A stretch of DNA of 53,423 bases from Intoshia linei (taxonomy: Eukaryota > Animalia > Orthonectida). Where the stretch lies: contig LWCA01000112.1 of assembly GCA_001642005.1 (NCBI GenBank), forward strand, positions 1 through 53,423, in the 5' to 3' direction. Under the pieces are notes generated by a model. The model did not search any database. It was not told the origin of the DNA and saw nothing but the letters and a program-made list of their open reading frames with translations. Below, piece after piece: positions 27,577 through 41,208 of the stretch. A program made the translations under genes and the position numbers. Every line of letters starts with the position of its first letter. Position 1 is the first letter of the stretch.

Positions 27577-30500
27577 CTTTTTAAAACATTAATTTTATAA
27601 TAAATTTACAGTAGCGACAGATTAAGTGAACTACCTTACTATGGAAGAAAAAGCGATCATGGATTGTTATGAAAAGTAGACCACCCTACACATATGTATA
27701 ACGTAGTTGCATCAAGGCAAAAAGTAATATTTCGACTAAATAATGGACCAAGTGCTGTGAAAAATCTGAATAAATTTAAAAGAAAAACATTTTTCAACTT
27801 AGAACAGTTACTAAAAACGGACAACCTTTTCTAAAAATGCTCCGATTAAGTGTCTCTACTCTATATATTTTAAATTTTACCTACAACATAGATACATTAA
27901 AAAAATGAGCAGAATTAAGATTGTAATAACCAAAAGGGTTATTATTACTGGTAAGATATATCCATTGTCAACTATAATTGTATTATTTCTAAAATTTAGT
28001 ATTGAATATAGTTATTATTATTATATGTTTTCGATTCATGGTAACACTTTTTCAAATCTTATCAGGGGACAAACACTTAAAATTGATAACAGATATCCTT
28101 TACTTATATAAAATTGAATGTCTGTGTGTAACCATTTAAAAAATCAAAATTCCTAAAATTTCAAAAACCAATTTCAAAAACCAATTTTTAATACATTTTT
28201 TCGATAATGATACTTTATCATACATCAATGATCAAAAATTGAGTCCTTCAGGATCAAAAACCCAATTAAGAGTCTTAGAATTTAAAAAGCATAACTTATG
28301 TGACCTTGTAAATTTTAAAATTAAAAAATTTCAGAATTTTAAAAGAACAAATTCTTGGACAGTTTTTGAAAATGATGATCATTATCATAAATCATAACCT
28401 CAAAACTTGTAGTTTCACGATAAAAAGCTTTGATTCATAAAAAATATGATAAATTAATATAATTTAACCAACCACTTGACCCAATTGCTATAAAAGCTTA
28501 CTACCCTTGATTTATATTATTTAATAATGAATAATATTCATTGAATATATAATAAATAATATAATAATAATAATATATAACAAAATACTCATTTTTAATA
28601 AGGTATGGCGGAGTAACATAAGATACACCTCCCATCAATAGTTGATAAATTCCAACATTTCCATCAATAAAAATTCCACTGACAATTCCGTAATAGTGAT
28701 TAAAATTACTATTATTATCAAATCTATGCGTTCCAACGTATACACGATTAAATATGAAATTTTCATATAAATCATCTATTTTTATAATATAGTAGGTATA
28801 AAATAATTATTACATTATATAATATTTTAACAGTGTTTCTTAAACTAAGTCCGTTCAATTTTTCGGGACCGCGAAATATTTTGTAGTAATTATACATAAT
28901 ACATGTATAAATATTGACGATTAATTATGTATGATAAAATTTAATGTTTGATTATTTATTTTATTATAATCCTAATTTATATAATATGCTACGCGATTTT
29001 TGTTTGTGTGTCAGTCTGTGTGTGTGTTCAGCTTTATTTAAATAACTACCCGTCTTAGAATTTTATAAAGTCCACATTTCAATCACAGTTTTTTCCGGGT
29101 GTGTTCGCAAATATAATTTCAACCTCCCAAACTAACATCTTACGGGTCAAAAACTACAATTCTCCCTCTTTTTGTAAATCAAACGAGTTGGAGAATTTAA
29201 AATTTTATTTTTTTTGGAATTTATGCTATTTATGACAATTTTTAGGATTGGATTGTTTTTACTTTATTTTTAAATGTTAACCAACAAAAAATTAAAATGA
29301 AATAATTCACTTTAAAGTAAAAAGTAATGTGATATGATGGTTCCACCTGACACAAATTTGAGAACCACTCCTTTAAAGGGTTGATAATAGTAAATATTAG
29401 GATTTTTAAATTAGATTTTCAACGTGAATTTATTTTTTATTATAATAAAAATGTGCCCTCGGCAGAGCTAGGTCCTGTTTGTACGTAGTACATAACAGTC
29501 AACCTAGTAAAATATAAATATTAACCGTAAAAGCTTAACTAAATATGTTAACTGGAGAAAATTGTCACCCCAAGATACCCAAGGGGTGAATAATTCTATT
29601 AGGTGGTGAATACTAAAATTTTAACATATTCTATTTAATTTAGTAAAATCTTATTAGAAAAAACTAAAATTTTACCAACCCTAAAATAAAAAACCCAATT
29701 TTATTAAACTTTTAAATCAAAAATCCATATATTTGATCCCAAAAGAAAAAACCAAAATTTTACCAATATTTATCTTAAAAATCTCATTTTATCAAAAATT
29801 AAATATTTTAAGAATAATATAATAAATAAAATAATTTTAAATGAAAAATAAACCGCAGTTTTCCCACCTCTGTTTTAGGTTGTTAAATTTTTTATCGATT
29901 GCCAGAACTAGTTCTAATCCATGGTAAACTTTTTTACTAAGAATTCAAAAATATGTTTCAATTTGAATAATTCGAATATTCGATATTTATTTTATCATTA
30001 TGAAATTTTTAGTCCATTGTGACTTATACATTTTTTGAGATGTCCAATAAAAATGTTTGTTGAAATAAGGGGTCTGTGGAGTTTTTAGTTTAAGAATCAC
30101 TGTTATATTAGTACATAATATAGTATATGATTGATGCCATTTTTAATTTTTGTTTGGACCATTTTTTTATCCTAATGGGTTAAAAATTAAAAAAAAAACC
30201 AAAATTTCTGAATTTAAATTTTTACCGAAATGTCATATTAACATTTGTAAATGTTTATTTAATTTAAGTACAATTCAACATTATGATGCCATAATGCCTC
30301 CCATATTGATAAATTCAAATCACATTATCAACCGCATGCAGACGTGGAGAGCCAGAAATAGGCCCGGACAGTTGGAAATTATAGGGCTCCATACGTTTTT
30401 TTAAAATTGGGACGTCTATAGTATAAACATTGTTTAATCGATCGTTAAAAATTAAAAAAAACAGTTGTAAATCGAATTGCTCATCATAATTTTGACATAC

Positions 30501-33500
30501 TTAAGATAATTTAATATCATAATTTTCCGGATTTATTAATTAAAATATTAGACCCCATAATTTTAGGCCGGGTCATATGCCCCTAGTCCCCTCTCCACGG
30601 TACTATCCGCATGTACCATATTCATTGACAAATATTAGTTAAAAATATTACCTACGTATATGGAATACAACTTTTTAAACAGTTGGTCATACAAAATCAA
30701 GTTATAATGGTGAAATTGAACAGTGTACTGTTTATTAATTTCAAGAATATTTTTAGCATCTTTAGGACAAAATATTGATTTTTTTACATTATTGAATAAA
30801 CAAAGCCATCCTTTTTTCTAAAAATAAAAAAGGATATATAATGTAAAACTTATACACTAAAAACATACAAGAAATATAGAAATGTGTAAATTTTTCTGTA
30901 AATTATTGTGCAATGTAACAATTGTCCCCAATGTAACATCATGCGCTATAAATGCAAATACAATTGAAAACGAACTAGGAATATTGTATGAAACAATTCC
31001 AGGTGGATTCTTGTTTGATCCAAATAAAAACCCGGGCAAATCTAAATTAGAGTATTATTAAACTACAGTAGTTAGTGATTGTGATTTCCCGGGAAAAATA
31101 TAAAAATTTTATTTATATATAATATAGAAGCATTAAAAATTTTAGAGACCTTAATTAATTTTAGAAATAACACGAATCTAGATTGAAATTTACAAATTTA
31201 ATTAGAAAAAAATTTATTTATTTTAGATTGTTGAAAAAGTGTTTCAAAACACACATAATATTGATAGATTCGTTTTTGAAACGTGTATACATTTTGTAAC
31301 GAAATTACATCAGTAGTGAAATTTCTTTCATTGTTGACGTAGGTTGAATAGTCATAAGGGCTTCCTTTAACTTTAACAATCTTGATGATAGCGTTCCAGT
31401 TCGTAACAACTCATAATATTTTTCAAAATAATATTGGAAAAATAGCATAATTCCCTTAAGCGTTAGTGGCATTTGTGGTTGGAATAAGAGGTTTTTAAAA
31501 AAGTATTAGAAAAAGGATATTTTTCCATTAAAGGCTGGAAAATTAGTTTTTTAATTTGTGGTTTGATAAAGTAGATTTTTAAAAAAAATATCATTGTAAG
31601 TCAATTTTTTCATGAAGGCTTGAAATAATATTTTTAAATAAATTTTATTAGTGGTGGGATTTTTGATATAGTAAATTTTAAATAGTATAATATAATCATA
31701 TTTTCATAGTAATAACAAACATACCCAAATACAGGTATGTCTCAATTTTTTTCGGGAAATCCCGGGAATTTTGTCCCAGTTTTTTTCCCGGCACAATCAC
31801 TAACAATAGTGTATTAATTGTTTGAAATTAAAAATTTTCATAACTATTTGGTTGATAAATGTCGTATATCAAAAATAAAATTTAACCTTTATCGCAATTT
31901 TCACCATCATGAGCAGAGTAACTACAAATACATTTCTGATTCGAACAATACCCCAAATTGCAATTGTTTGAACAATCTAATATAACAGAATTAAGAAAAT
32001 GTCTTTTTAATGAAATATAAATCCCGAGCCGAATCTACCGTATCCAAGATCCTCTTCGGGGAATCGACAAAATTTTAGTATAAAGCGGCCTCATTTTTCC
32101 AAATTGAACATTTCATAAATTATACCATGTATAATATAATTATTCAATATCATAACCACTATATTTCCTGTCTCATATTTAAACTATAAAGTCTAGAAAA
32201 TTACAATTTTACCTACCCTTAAAAGAAAAATGCAGTTTTACTAACCCTTAACCGATTAATCCACTTTTACGAACCCTAAAACGAAAAATACAGTTTTACC
32301 AACCCTAAAATGTTAAAACCTTAAGTTCATTTTTCCTTTTAGGGTTGGTATTACTGGATTTTTCGTTTTAGAATTTGTAAATTTTGATTTTTAGTGAAAA
32401 TGGTCAGATTTAAGTTAAAATGGTTGGATTTAAGTAGACACCCTTAATCATTGAACTATCAGACTAGTACATAAATTAAAATTCCAGAATCACCATTTGG
32501 AAACCGCTGTGTTACTGTTGCTTTTAAAATTCTAATAATGTTTCCCAATCTTTAACCCTTTCACTGTCTAATACTATTTTATGATGCATCACCACGCGTC
32601 TAGAATTTATGTTTTAATTTAAACATATATTATTTTTAAATCACCTATGTGAAAATGTATGAAAATAAAAGAATAAAGTTTTTCAAAATTATGCTGTGTA
32701 TATAGAATACACAGACGTTTGAAGTGAAATTGCTGTGTATAGTATAGAATACACAGACAGTGAAAGGGTTAAATACATTTTAAAAATTAAAAATAAAAAT
32801 TACACGAATCGCATCGCTCATTGATAACATTTTGATGAATAATGTAATGATTGGCTTTAAAATTGTTAAAGCAAGCGGGTTGATTAAAAATGTAATTTTT
32901 ATAATTAATCGGAATATTCCAAAAATTTTTGTACATAGAATATCCAAATTTTATTGACCAAAATTGGTCAATTTCGAGTTGTAAATTGAATGTATAAAAT
33001 TCTTTATAAATTTCAATAGTGAGGCTACCATTTGAATACAATTTTAAAGCGATTTCGTCTTTATTTTGAATGCGTTGTAAATCCTTTTTATTTCTATGCA
33101 TAATTATATTTTTAGATTTATCATGATTTTCATATATTTTCTTATTGTCATTTTCGTTTTTTATTGAATAAATCGTATTAGAAATATTGGTTGAATATGA
33201 AATATAATTTTTATTTAAATTTGTATTTCGTTTTTTAATATGACGATCTAAATGCAATTTACGTTTATATTCATTTTATATTCGTTTACTTCTATTGAGA
33301 TTATTTCTTTTACGTATAATGCTAATCTCCTTTGAACTTATCCAAATCTGAATCGGATCTTTCTCGTTATAATTTTTTTGCTTAGAATTTTTATCACAAA
33401 AAATATAAAATACGTAATTTTCAATTTTTCTGGGTGTCTGGAATGATATACTGATTGCAATTCCATTATAATTTAATTTTATATTTTTGTAATCTACAGA

Positions 33501-36500
33501 GTTGACCATAATAAAAGAGAATGGATGATTTAAATTTACATTTTGAAGTGATTTTGAAAGTGACTTTTCTAAGTTTGAAATTAATATATTTATGTATATA
33601 TTACACCATTGTTAAGCTTCTATTGACATGATATTTTAAGGAGGGTAGTTTGGGGAAATTGATCAACCCAGTCATACATGGTAAATATTTTTATTTTCTT
33701 AGTAAAAATAGAAAAACCTATTATAATTATACATTTTAATTAGTTAATTTTTGTACAAAAAATAATATTAAATAACCTCAAATAAATAGATATATGTATA
33801 TAAATTTAAGAGACATGTGAATTGAAACTGTACAATTAATTATTTTTTGTGAAAAATTACCATCTGTGTTAAAAATTTCTTTATATTCGTTATACGAAAT
33901 AATATATTTTTTAAAGTTATATATTTCAAATTTTCCAATATAAAGATAAACGATATTTAATATAAAAGGGTCAATTGAACTATCATCCAAATCACCAAAT
34001 ATCAAAGATGTGTAAGGTACCATTTCATATTTGGATTTTAAAATGAATTCTAAATAATTTTATACGATAAAATTTAAAATAAATTACCAATAATTTCTTT
34101 ATCAACTGACACAATTATTTTATTATTAATTTGACAAATTTTTACAATAAAAAAATAATTTTTATCAATTTTCACATGTTTATATTCCTAAAATTAAGAA
34201 TTCAAAAAATGTAAAATGAATCAATTACATTATTAAAATCAACAATTAATTGTCCGTTTATGAATAAAAATTGGACAATCTTTTTGTGAGAATCAAATAA
34301 ATTAAAAAAATGATTATTATCAATTTTCACACAAAATTGAATAGGATGAATAAGTAAATTTTTTATTTTCTTTTCATCATTTCCAGCATTAAATCTATTA
34401 TCCACATTCACAAAAATATATTTATCTGTAATCAGCGTAGTATGTGTTTGTATTTCACATTTATTTCCAAAAAAATTGGTAAAACATTTACATTGATAAA
34501 ATCCGTACTTGAGAGATACACATTTAGATCCGTTCATGCAGTGCATAATGTAACCTTTTTGACTATTACTGAAACGTTGATCATTACAAATGTTTTCATG
34601 GGATATTTTTCGGCAAATTTTTGAATTTTTAGTTTCATATAATCCATTAAATAACGCTTTTGTATTTTCAGTTTTATCGGGTACATTCAATAACATTAAA
34701 CAACCAAAGAAAAACTTACAACCGTCCTTATCGTTGTATCCAATGTTAACGTTTGGATTAATAACATTTCTTTTTTTATTGTTTTGGTTTCGTAAATGTA
34801 ATGTTTCTGATTTACTGATACCATGTTTAGTTTTTAGATTTATTGTCATTATATTTGAAGAGTAAAATATCTCTATATTGTATACATTTCCTAATCTCAT
34901 TTTCTCGTTTATATAGGCTACGTTTGATGACGAATAAAAGTTTAAATAGCCCATTAACATGTCTACGTGGATTTTTACATTTTCAAAATTTACTGTGCAT
35001 ATGTGACTTGTTTCTTGATATAAAACTACACTCATTATAATGGGAAATGATGTTTCTTTTAACGTGACACTCATTGTACTTGAACCATCAAAATTTAATA
35101 CACCTTCCTGATTTACTCTTTTTATTATGTTGTTTATGTTTACGTTTTGATGAATGTTTTGAGATTTAACGTTTGTCACAGGGGTTCTATAATAATAATA
35201 TTAGTTCCTATATAATAATGAGAGGCTGACCAGCAATGCTGTATTTTGCTGATCGTACTTGTCATATGTACTAAATATTGTAACTTGTATAATGTAACCT
35301 TGCCGGGTGAAATAAATCGGGTTTTCGGTTAGAGAAACCAATGTAAACAATACATTAACATGAAATAAAATTATCAAAAATTACTGACTTTTCCATATTT
35401 TTCCATAAATACCGTCTGAAACATTTACTTCAGTCAATACATTATTTTTGATGGCATCGATACTCTCTCCTTTAGACAGATTAATGGAAAACTAATATAA
35501 TATATTATATTGAAATAAAGATTTATGTAGGGTTGCCAACAGAGCCGTTTTAAGGTATGGTAAATATGGGCTGTAGCCCAGGGCCACTCATTAAAAAGGC
35601 CCCAAATTAATAAAAGTACTTTACATTTATATCTTAAAAAGAGCTCTTAAATCTTAAGTCTTAAAAGAGTATCTTAAAATGACTGCATGGTGCATATTTT
35701 CAAATGAAAAAGTAAACTTTGTTCATTAATTAATGTAAGTAGGTTTTTGTAAAAGAAATAAAAGTTACTAGAAACATACATGTCTTTTAATGCTTTTATT
35801 AATACTTAATGAAATAAGACTCTCAGTTTCGAACCCACAGTATGCCTTGTCTTCATAACAGGGGACTTTTTTTTAATTATTTATTTTTTTATCGCTTCGC
35901 TCGAAATTTTAAAAGGCCTCCGGCCCTTTGCTTAACCCAAGGCCACGAAGTGGCTTAAGACGGCTCTCGTTGCCAATCGTTCATTATATAAAGGATAATC
36001 AGATGTGAGTTTGAGAGATTGAAATTTATTTTGCTAATACCCGGAAAAAACTGTAATTGAAATGTGGACTTTATAAAATTCTACAACTGGTAGTTATTGA
36101 AATAAACGGTAACACACACAAAAACAAATATTACGTAGCATATTATATAAGTAAGGATTATATAGTCAATTCTTTATAATTTAAACAGTCGGAGAAAATT
36201 TAAAAAAAAGTTAACAGTTTAAAATTCTGAACAATAAAAAATATTATACATGTATGCCATATAAAAAAAAAATATGACAATTATAATTGATAAAACTTGG
36301 TGAAACCTTACAATTTATTTAAAATCAATATAAAAATTTTTATTTAAACTTAATCATTAATTTACAATTATTTTTTTAGTCAGTAATTTCTAATTGTGAT
36401 TTTTTTGTTCTTCTAATGCAGTGGTTTCTGATTCATATAGTGTCCGGAGTCCGGACCCCGTTTCAAAAAAATTTATTTTTTTGGACCCTAAGGGACGCAT

Positions 36501-39500
36501 AAAATATAAAACATTGATAAAAAAATTGAAGGTTTTTCAACATAAGGTTTAGTAAAATCGTGTTTTTCAAAAACATATTGGAAAATAAGGATTTTTTTAT
36601 TAAGGGTTGATAAATTTAATTTTTTATTTTGGGTTTTGGATTAGAGAATTGTTTTTTCATAAAATTTAGTATAATCGGATTTTTCAAAATAATATTGGAA
36701 AAAGAGATTTCCCTTAAGCGTTTGTTATATTGGAAGTGTATTTAGTGGTTGGAATAAGAGGTTTTTCTCATAAGATTTTGTCAAATCACATTTTTGAAAA
36801 AAATATTGGAAAAGGGTTATTTTTCCCAATTTCTATATAGTGGTTGGATTAAATGGACTTTTCTCACAATGTAAAATCGGATTTTTAAAAAAATATTATA
36901 AAACGGGAATTTTTCCATAAAGGTTTGAAATTGTATTTTTTATTAAATATTCTTATTTTATTAAATTTTATTAATGCCGGGATAAAAGTGGGATTTTTTA
37001 AATTATAATGTAGCGATCGTCTAGGCTTTGGGATAAAATTATAACATCTGGACACTCGGCAGTAACGGTACATTTACTAAAATTATACACTAACGAATTA
37101 TGCACTAACAGTACATGACTGTACGTTAAAAATATGGTCAGTGACGATTGGTTACTTTACAAGAACTATGAAAAAATAACTATGACATCAATAGTTAGTA
37201 AATTTGTGAATATATTATGATAATTAAATATTGAACATTTTATAGATTGAATGGTATAATATAACAAGTATTTTTATCTGTAATATAGATGGAAACATCT
37301 TGGTAGTATAGTTATATCTATATTAGACCTTTGGGTTAACCGAAGTGTAATTTTAATCACATGTTGAATAAAACATCGAAAATAATCCGGTTCATTAACC
37401 GAGTTATCGTTAATGCCTGCCTTGTTATATATTAACGTAAATTACAATAATTTGTAGTTAAATTTTGACGAAAATCGGGAGTAGCTCCCTTTTTGCATTT
37501 TTTTATTCGACTAATACGATGATCAACAAATCACATTTTTGAAAAAAAAATATTGGAAAAGGGTTTGTTCGTTAAGTTAGATTGGTAAAATTGATTTTAT
37601 TTATATTATTATTTTATATATTTTAGATTAAGAAGTTGTTCATAAGATTTGGTAAAATCGGATTTTTGAAAAAAATATTGGTAAAATTCGATTTTCCTTG
37701 ATAGTTTTAAAATTTAAATGGTATATTTTATTAATAGTGAGATTTTTGAAATAATAATGTAGCGGTATCTAGGCTTTAGGGTAAATTCACAACATCTGGC
37801 ATCTCTTTAATAAATATTAAAAATTTTAAAATTAAATAAAATTGATAAGAATTTTTTTATTTTTTATTTGAATCTCACGCACCTCAAGGCATACAGTTTT
37901 GGACCTTTTCTTTTTATAGAATTGCTCATAGTTAACAATAGAAAAAAACATCAAATTAGAATTCACGGCAATAAGCTGATAATACATTAAATTGCATTAG
38001 TATCCAAAAATATTTTATGTTCAATGTTCAGATTGACAATGTTCAAATTAAAATTTGTCAATTTTATAGTATCGACAAAAAAAATATGTTTTATGTTATA
38101 TTGTTCAAAGTTGCAACGTTCGAATTATATAATGTTCAGATTATGCAGAACAGAGTAGGCAACCCTATATATCAAAGATTAAGTATCAATAGATAATTAA
38201 AAAATATTGGACATTCACTTAAGCACATTAATATATACCGATATTAGATGAAGTTGAGTATTTTCCTTCAAGTAATAGGTCGATGAATCTCCAATTTGAA
38301 TAGAATAATCGTAAATAGGTAAACTCACTTTAAGAGTATTGCATTTAATACTATTTAAATTGAAAATAATTTCATAATACTAAATTTCATCAAATAAAAA
38401 TTAAAATATATAATTTAATACTGATAAAAATTGAATTGAAATTTTGTTTGTACCCTTAACATTACTACTACAAATTTTATCATTTTTGTATATAATGTAC
38501 AAATGTGAATTCTAAAATGAAAATGTAAATTATATTAAAATATTACCTGTTGAAAAATGGCAACACTATTTAATTTTATTATACCGTAAGGTACATTTAA
38601 ATTATTCTGCTTAATACTAAAAGTCAAATCAATGGATTTCGGCATATTTAAAAATTTAAAGACAAAATTGTTGGAATCAAATCGATAAAATTTTTTATTA
38701 TTTATTATGATAGATTTTTCTTGAACTAAAAACAAAATAATTAATTATTGTTAAAAAGAAACATTAAATCTAAATAATAAAATATGAAAAAATAAATTTA
38801 CTTTAAAAATATCAAGTTTATCATAAAATACAGATAAATAATAAAAATACTAAAATGTAAATATGCAATTGTAAATATTTTTCATTTTGCGCCAAATGAT
38901 AAAAAATATAATAGGTAATTTATATTATACATGGTATCAAATTAATAATAATACAAGTTAAGTTTATTATTATAGTTATAATGCGAGTGAAACATTTTGG
39001 CGCAAGTCTGTGAATTATATACAGGCGATATTTTTATCTTATCATTATTATTAAATTTTTTAATGAATCATTTAATTTTCGAGAAAAAATAAATTATATA
39101 AATTATAAAAGTTGAAAAATAAATTACCATGTCCTTTACGATTCAATTGATTAAATTGGTTCATTTTCCATTCTATTTTGCATGGCCCAACAAGTAATTC
39201 TGCAAATCCAGTAAAATGCGGACAATTGCCTATCCTCAAAAATTTTTCTTTCTGATTTTCGTGAGTTTTATAATTATCATAATGAACATTATTGTGATCA
39301 TTAGGATTATTCTGATTTTGTTTATTCCAATTTTGCACAATATCATTTTTTTGAACAGCCATATTATTAATATACATAACAAGGGTAGGTTTTTGATTGA
39401 CGATTGACAATTTAATATTTAAATCATATATATAATTTTGATAGTATCCAGAATACGATATTTGAATAAATTTAGTAAATTCATAATCAATAAACAATTG

Positions 39501-41208
39501 AGCAGTTACTTGAGTTTTTTTTTCATTATACCATACATTTAAGTAAGACGAACAAAAAATTCCATAATTTAAAGTGGAACCAAATACACTTAATCGTATG
39601 GTAAATGTAAAAGATTTGAAAACTAGATTAAAATCTGGTTGTAAAATTGATTTTACTTGGGAGTTTGTATTGTAACTATTTTGGTGGGTCTTTTCGTCAT
39701 TAATATAATTTTGCATTTTTAAATTTTTTACAATATTTGCTACAATATCTGAGCCCATATCTATATAATCATTCTTGTTTTTTATCCATAAAAATTTTTC
39801 CGTTTTAATGTCACCACTATGAAAAACAATATTTCCAACCAATTCAAATTTACTAGATTTACTGAAATGAAAAATTTTTGTTCCAATAAAATTTTCTGGT
39901 TTCATGTAAATTTTACCAAGTTGCATTCCGTCTAAATGTTTATTTTAATGTTGGGACTTTTAACATTCACTGTAATCTATGCTCCAAAAGTGCAATTTTT
40001 CTGAAAATGTTGAAATATGTGATTTTTTTGTGTCACTTTAGAGCAAGGGTTCTCACAATTTTTAAATTTTTTGACTTTTTGGTCTATTTTTAATTTTAAT
40101 TTTGCTTGCGGACCCCCCAAATAAAACATATCTAAAGAAAATGATTTAATTTGATTTGTATTTTTAATTGTTAAATTAATAACAAATTATTTAAAAAATC
40201 AATTTATTTTTTATAATTCAAAATTTTATTTAAACTTGCAGACCCCCGAAAATGGACTCACGGACCCCCGGGGGTCCGGAGACCTAAATTTGACAACCAC
40301 TGCTTTAGAGCATCGACTTTAATATTAAAATATGAAAAATATTTAAGGAACAAAGCGAACCTGCCTAATTAACTTCTAATAAAAAAAAATGTGTAATGTG
40401 TAATTTCAATAAATTTTAAAAAATATAAAAAACCTTTACAATCTTGATATTTATGAATACAGGAAATTTCTTGGTTAAGAACATTTAAATGACAAAACTG
40501 GTCACCTTTACATATCGATATTGATTTAGAATTTAAATTTTGGCCGCACTTGTCCTGTTGAATAAAGTTTGAAATAAAAACAATGGCAGGAATAACAACA
40601 TGACATTGACCGCATTTCCTCAACCTAACATTTACAATTTGTCCACTAAACGGAGTATAAGCAATAGAATTTCCGAAAAGAATTTGATTGGACAACAGAC
40701 TTCCAAAACTGAGAAAAGCTTTATTAAATTCAGAAAGTGAATTTGATAAATTACATACTTGAACATGCGATCCATGTGTATTTGAAACGGCTTTAATGGA
40801 TTGTAAATTTTGTAAGGATATTTTAATTTTATATGGTTGAAATTCAATAATTAATGTTTTCCAATTTTCAAAATTTGCAATACTGACAAAACAATCAGTA
40901 ATTCCAAACAATTTAATTCCATTACGTTCCAGAGAAGCATATAAAAACTTTGATTCGTTTCCAATATAAAAAAGAAACATTTTTTCAGATTCATTATATT
41001 CATAATTATTTTGTTTAATATACAAATAAGGTGATGAAAATGTATTTAAGTAATTCTGTGACAGTAAAAAATCTAATATTAAATAATCACCAGTACACAA
41101 TTCATTCCAATCATAAACTAAACTTCCATTCTTGAAACCCTCAAACTTGTGTGCCTTGAAGGTATTTATATATAATAAAACATTTAAAATTATTATCAAC
41201 ACATTCAT
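25111..41208 (-). CDS. alpha-neurexin-like LamG/EGF type-I membrane protein with a long cytoplasmic tail ending in a WD40-like domain
   Basis: Signal peptide MNVLIIILNVLLYINTFKA followed by HKFEG..SLVYDWNELCTG, resembling the alpha-neurexin LamG1 start. Repeated LamG-like exons (41208-40434, 39931-39128, ~38724-38238, ~35187-34230, ~34050-32790). EGF repeats CMNGSKCVSLKYGFYQCKCFTNFFGNKCE and CSNNCNLGYCSNQKCICSYSAHDGENCDK (~31976-31888). Last LamG ...FNRVYVG...YYGIVSGIFIDG (~28775-28590). TM exon ~27988-27881 (YILPVIITLLVITILILLIFLMYLCC). Then exons 27576-25671 and 25359-25111 (TGA). Some middle exons (38.8-39.1 kb, 35.3-35.5 kb) are uncertain. Confidence 0.65.
27609..27861. mobile_element. 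degenerate Tc1/mariner-type MITE in the intron after the TM exon
   Basis: TA|CAGTAGCGACAGATTAAG ... TTAAGTGTCTCTACTC|TA, an imperfect inverted repeat flanked by TA. Confidence 0.6.
28096..28440 (+). repeat. diverged family A Helitron-like copy
   Basis: A|TCCTTTACTTATATA 5' end, GTGTGT tract and degenerate body. Confidence 0.5.
28970..29507 (+). mobile_element. Helitron-like family A element with both termini
   Basis: 5' A|TCCTAATTTATATAATATGCTACGCG...(GT)n. 3' hairpin CTGTTTGTACGTAGTACATAACAG followed by CTAG|T at 29504-29508. The middle is deleted or replaced. Confidence 0.7.
31073..31802 (+). mobile_element. hAT MITE, TAGTGATTGTG family
   Basis: 11-bp TIRs and TSD ACAGTAGT/ACAATAGT (7/8 match). 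Colinear with 19089-20084. Confidence 0.9.
32205..32400. repeat. ~29-30 bp degenerate minisatellite (TTTTACCAACCCTAAAA core), direct units followed by inverted units
   Basis: About four direct units at 32205-32310, then inverted TTTTAGGGTTGGTA units. Related units occur at 1-165, 13190-13400, 17370-17450, 29640-29800, 36530-36940 and 37530-37700. Confidence 0.65.
32556..32768. mobile_element. piggyBac-type MITE
   Basis: TTAA|CCCTTTCACTGTCT ... AGACAGTGAAAGGG|TTAA: perfect 14-bp TIR and TTAA TSD, with an internal subterminal direct repeat. Confidence 0.9.
35540..35968 (+). mobile_element. hAT MITE, CAGAGCCGT family
   Basis: TIR CAGAGCCGTTTTAAG / CTTAAGACGGCTCTC and a perfect TSD GTTGCCAA. 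Confidence 0.9.
36001..36157 (-). repeat. 5' fragment of family A Helitron-like element
   Basis: (AC)n...GCATATTATATAAGTAAGGA|T end. Confidence 0.7.
40044..40302. mobile_element. Buster/Charlie-type hAT MITE
   Basis: Ends CAAGGGTTCTCACAA / TTTGACAACCACTG, perfect TSD CTTTAGAG, subterminal GCGGACCCC motifs. Confidence 0.85.

Noticed and set aside
27686-27830. Alternative neurexin tail ...RKGCPFLVTVLNFSQHLVHYLVEILLFALMQLRYTYV* ending in a PDZ-like YV
   Set aside because: It can be spliced on paper, but both exons lie inside a TA-flanked MITE and the peptide is hydrophobic and unlike neurexin tails. Probably coincidence, though a minor exonised isoform cannot be excluded without RNA data.
35528-38167. 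One large TAGGGTTGCC-ended hAT spanning 2.6 kb
   Set aside because: The ends are inverted matches, but the flanks (GATTTATG vs TATATCAA) show no TSD, so they cannot be shown to be one element.
27119-39407. Plus-strand ORFs 27119, 27392, 27905, 34442, 34590, 34843 and 39216
   Set aside because: Antisense shadows of AT-rich coding exons on the minus strand, with no motifs.
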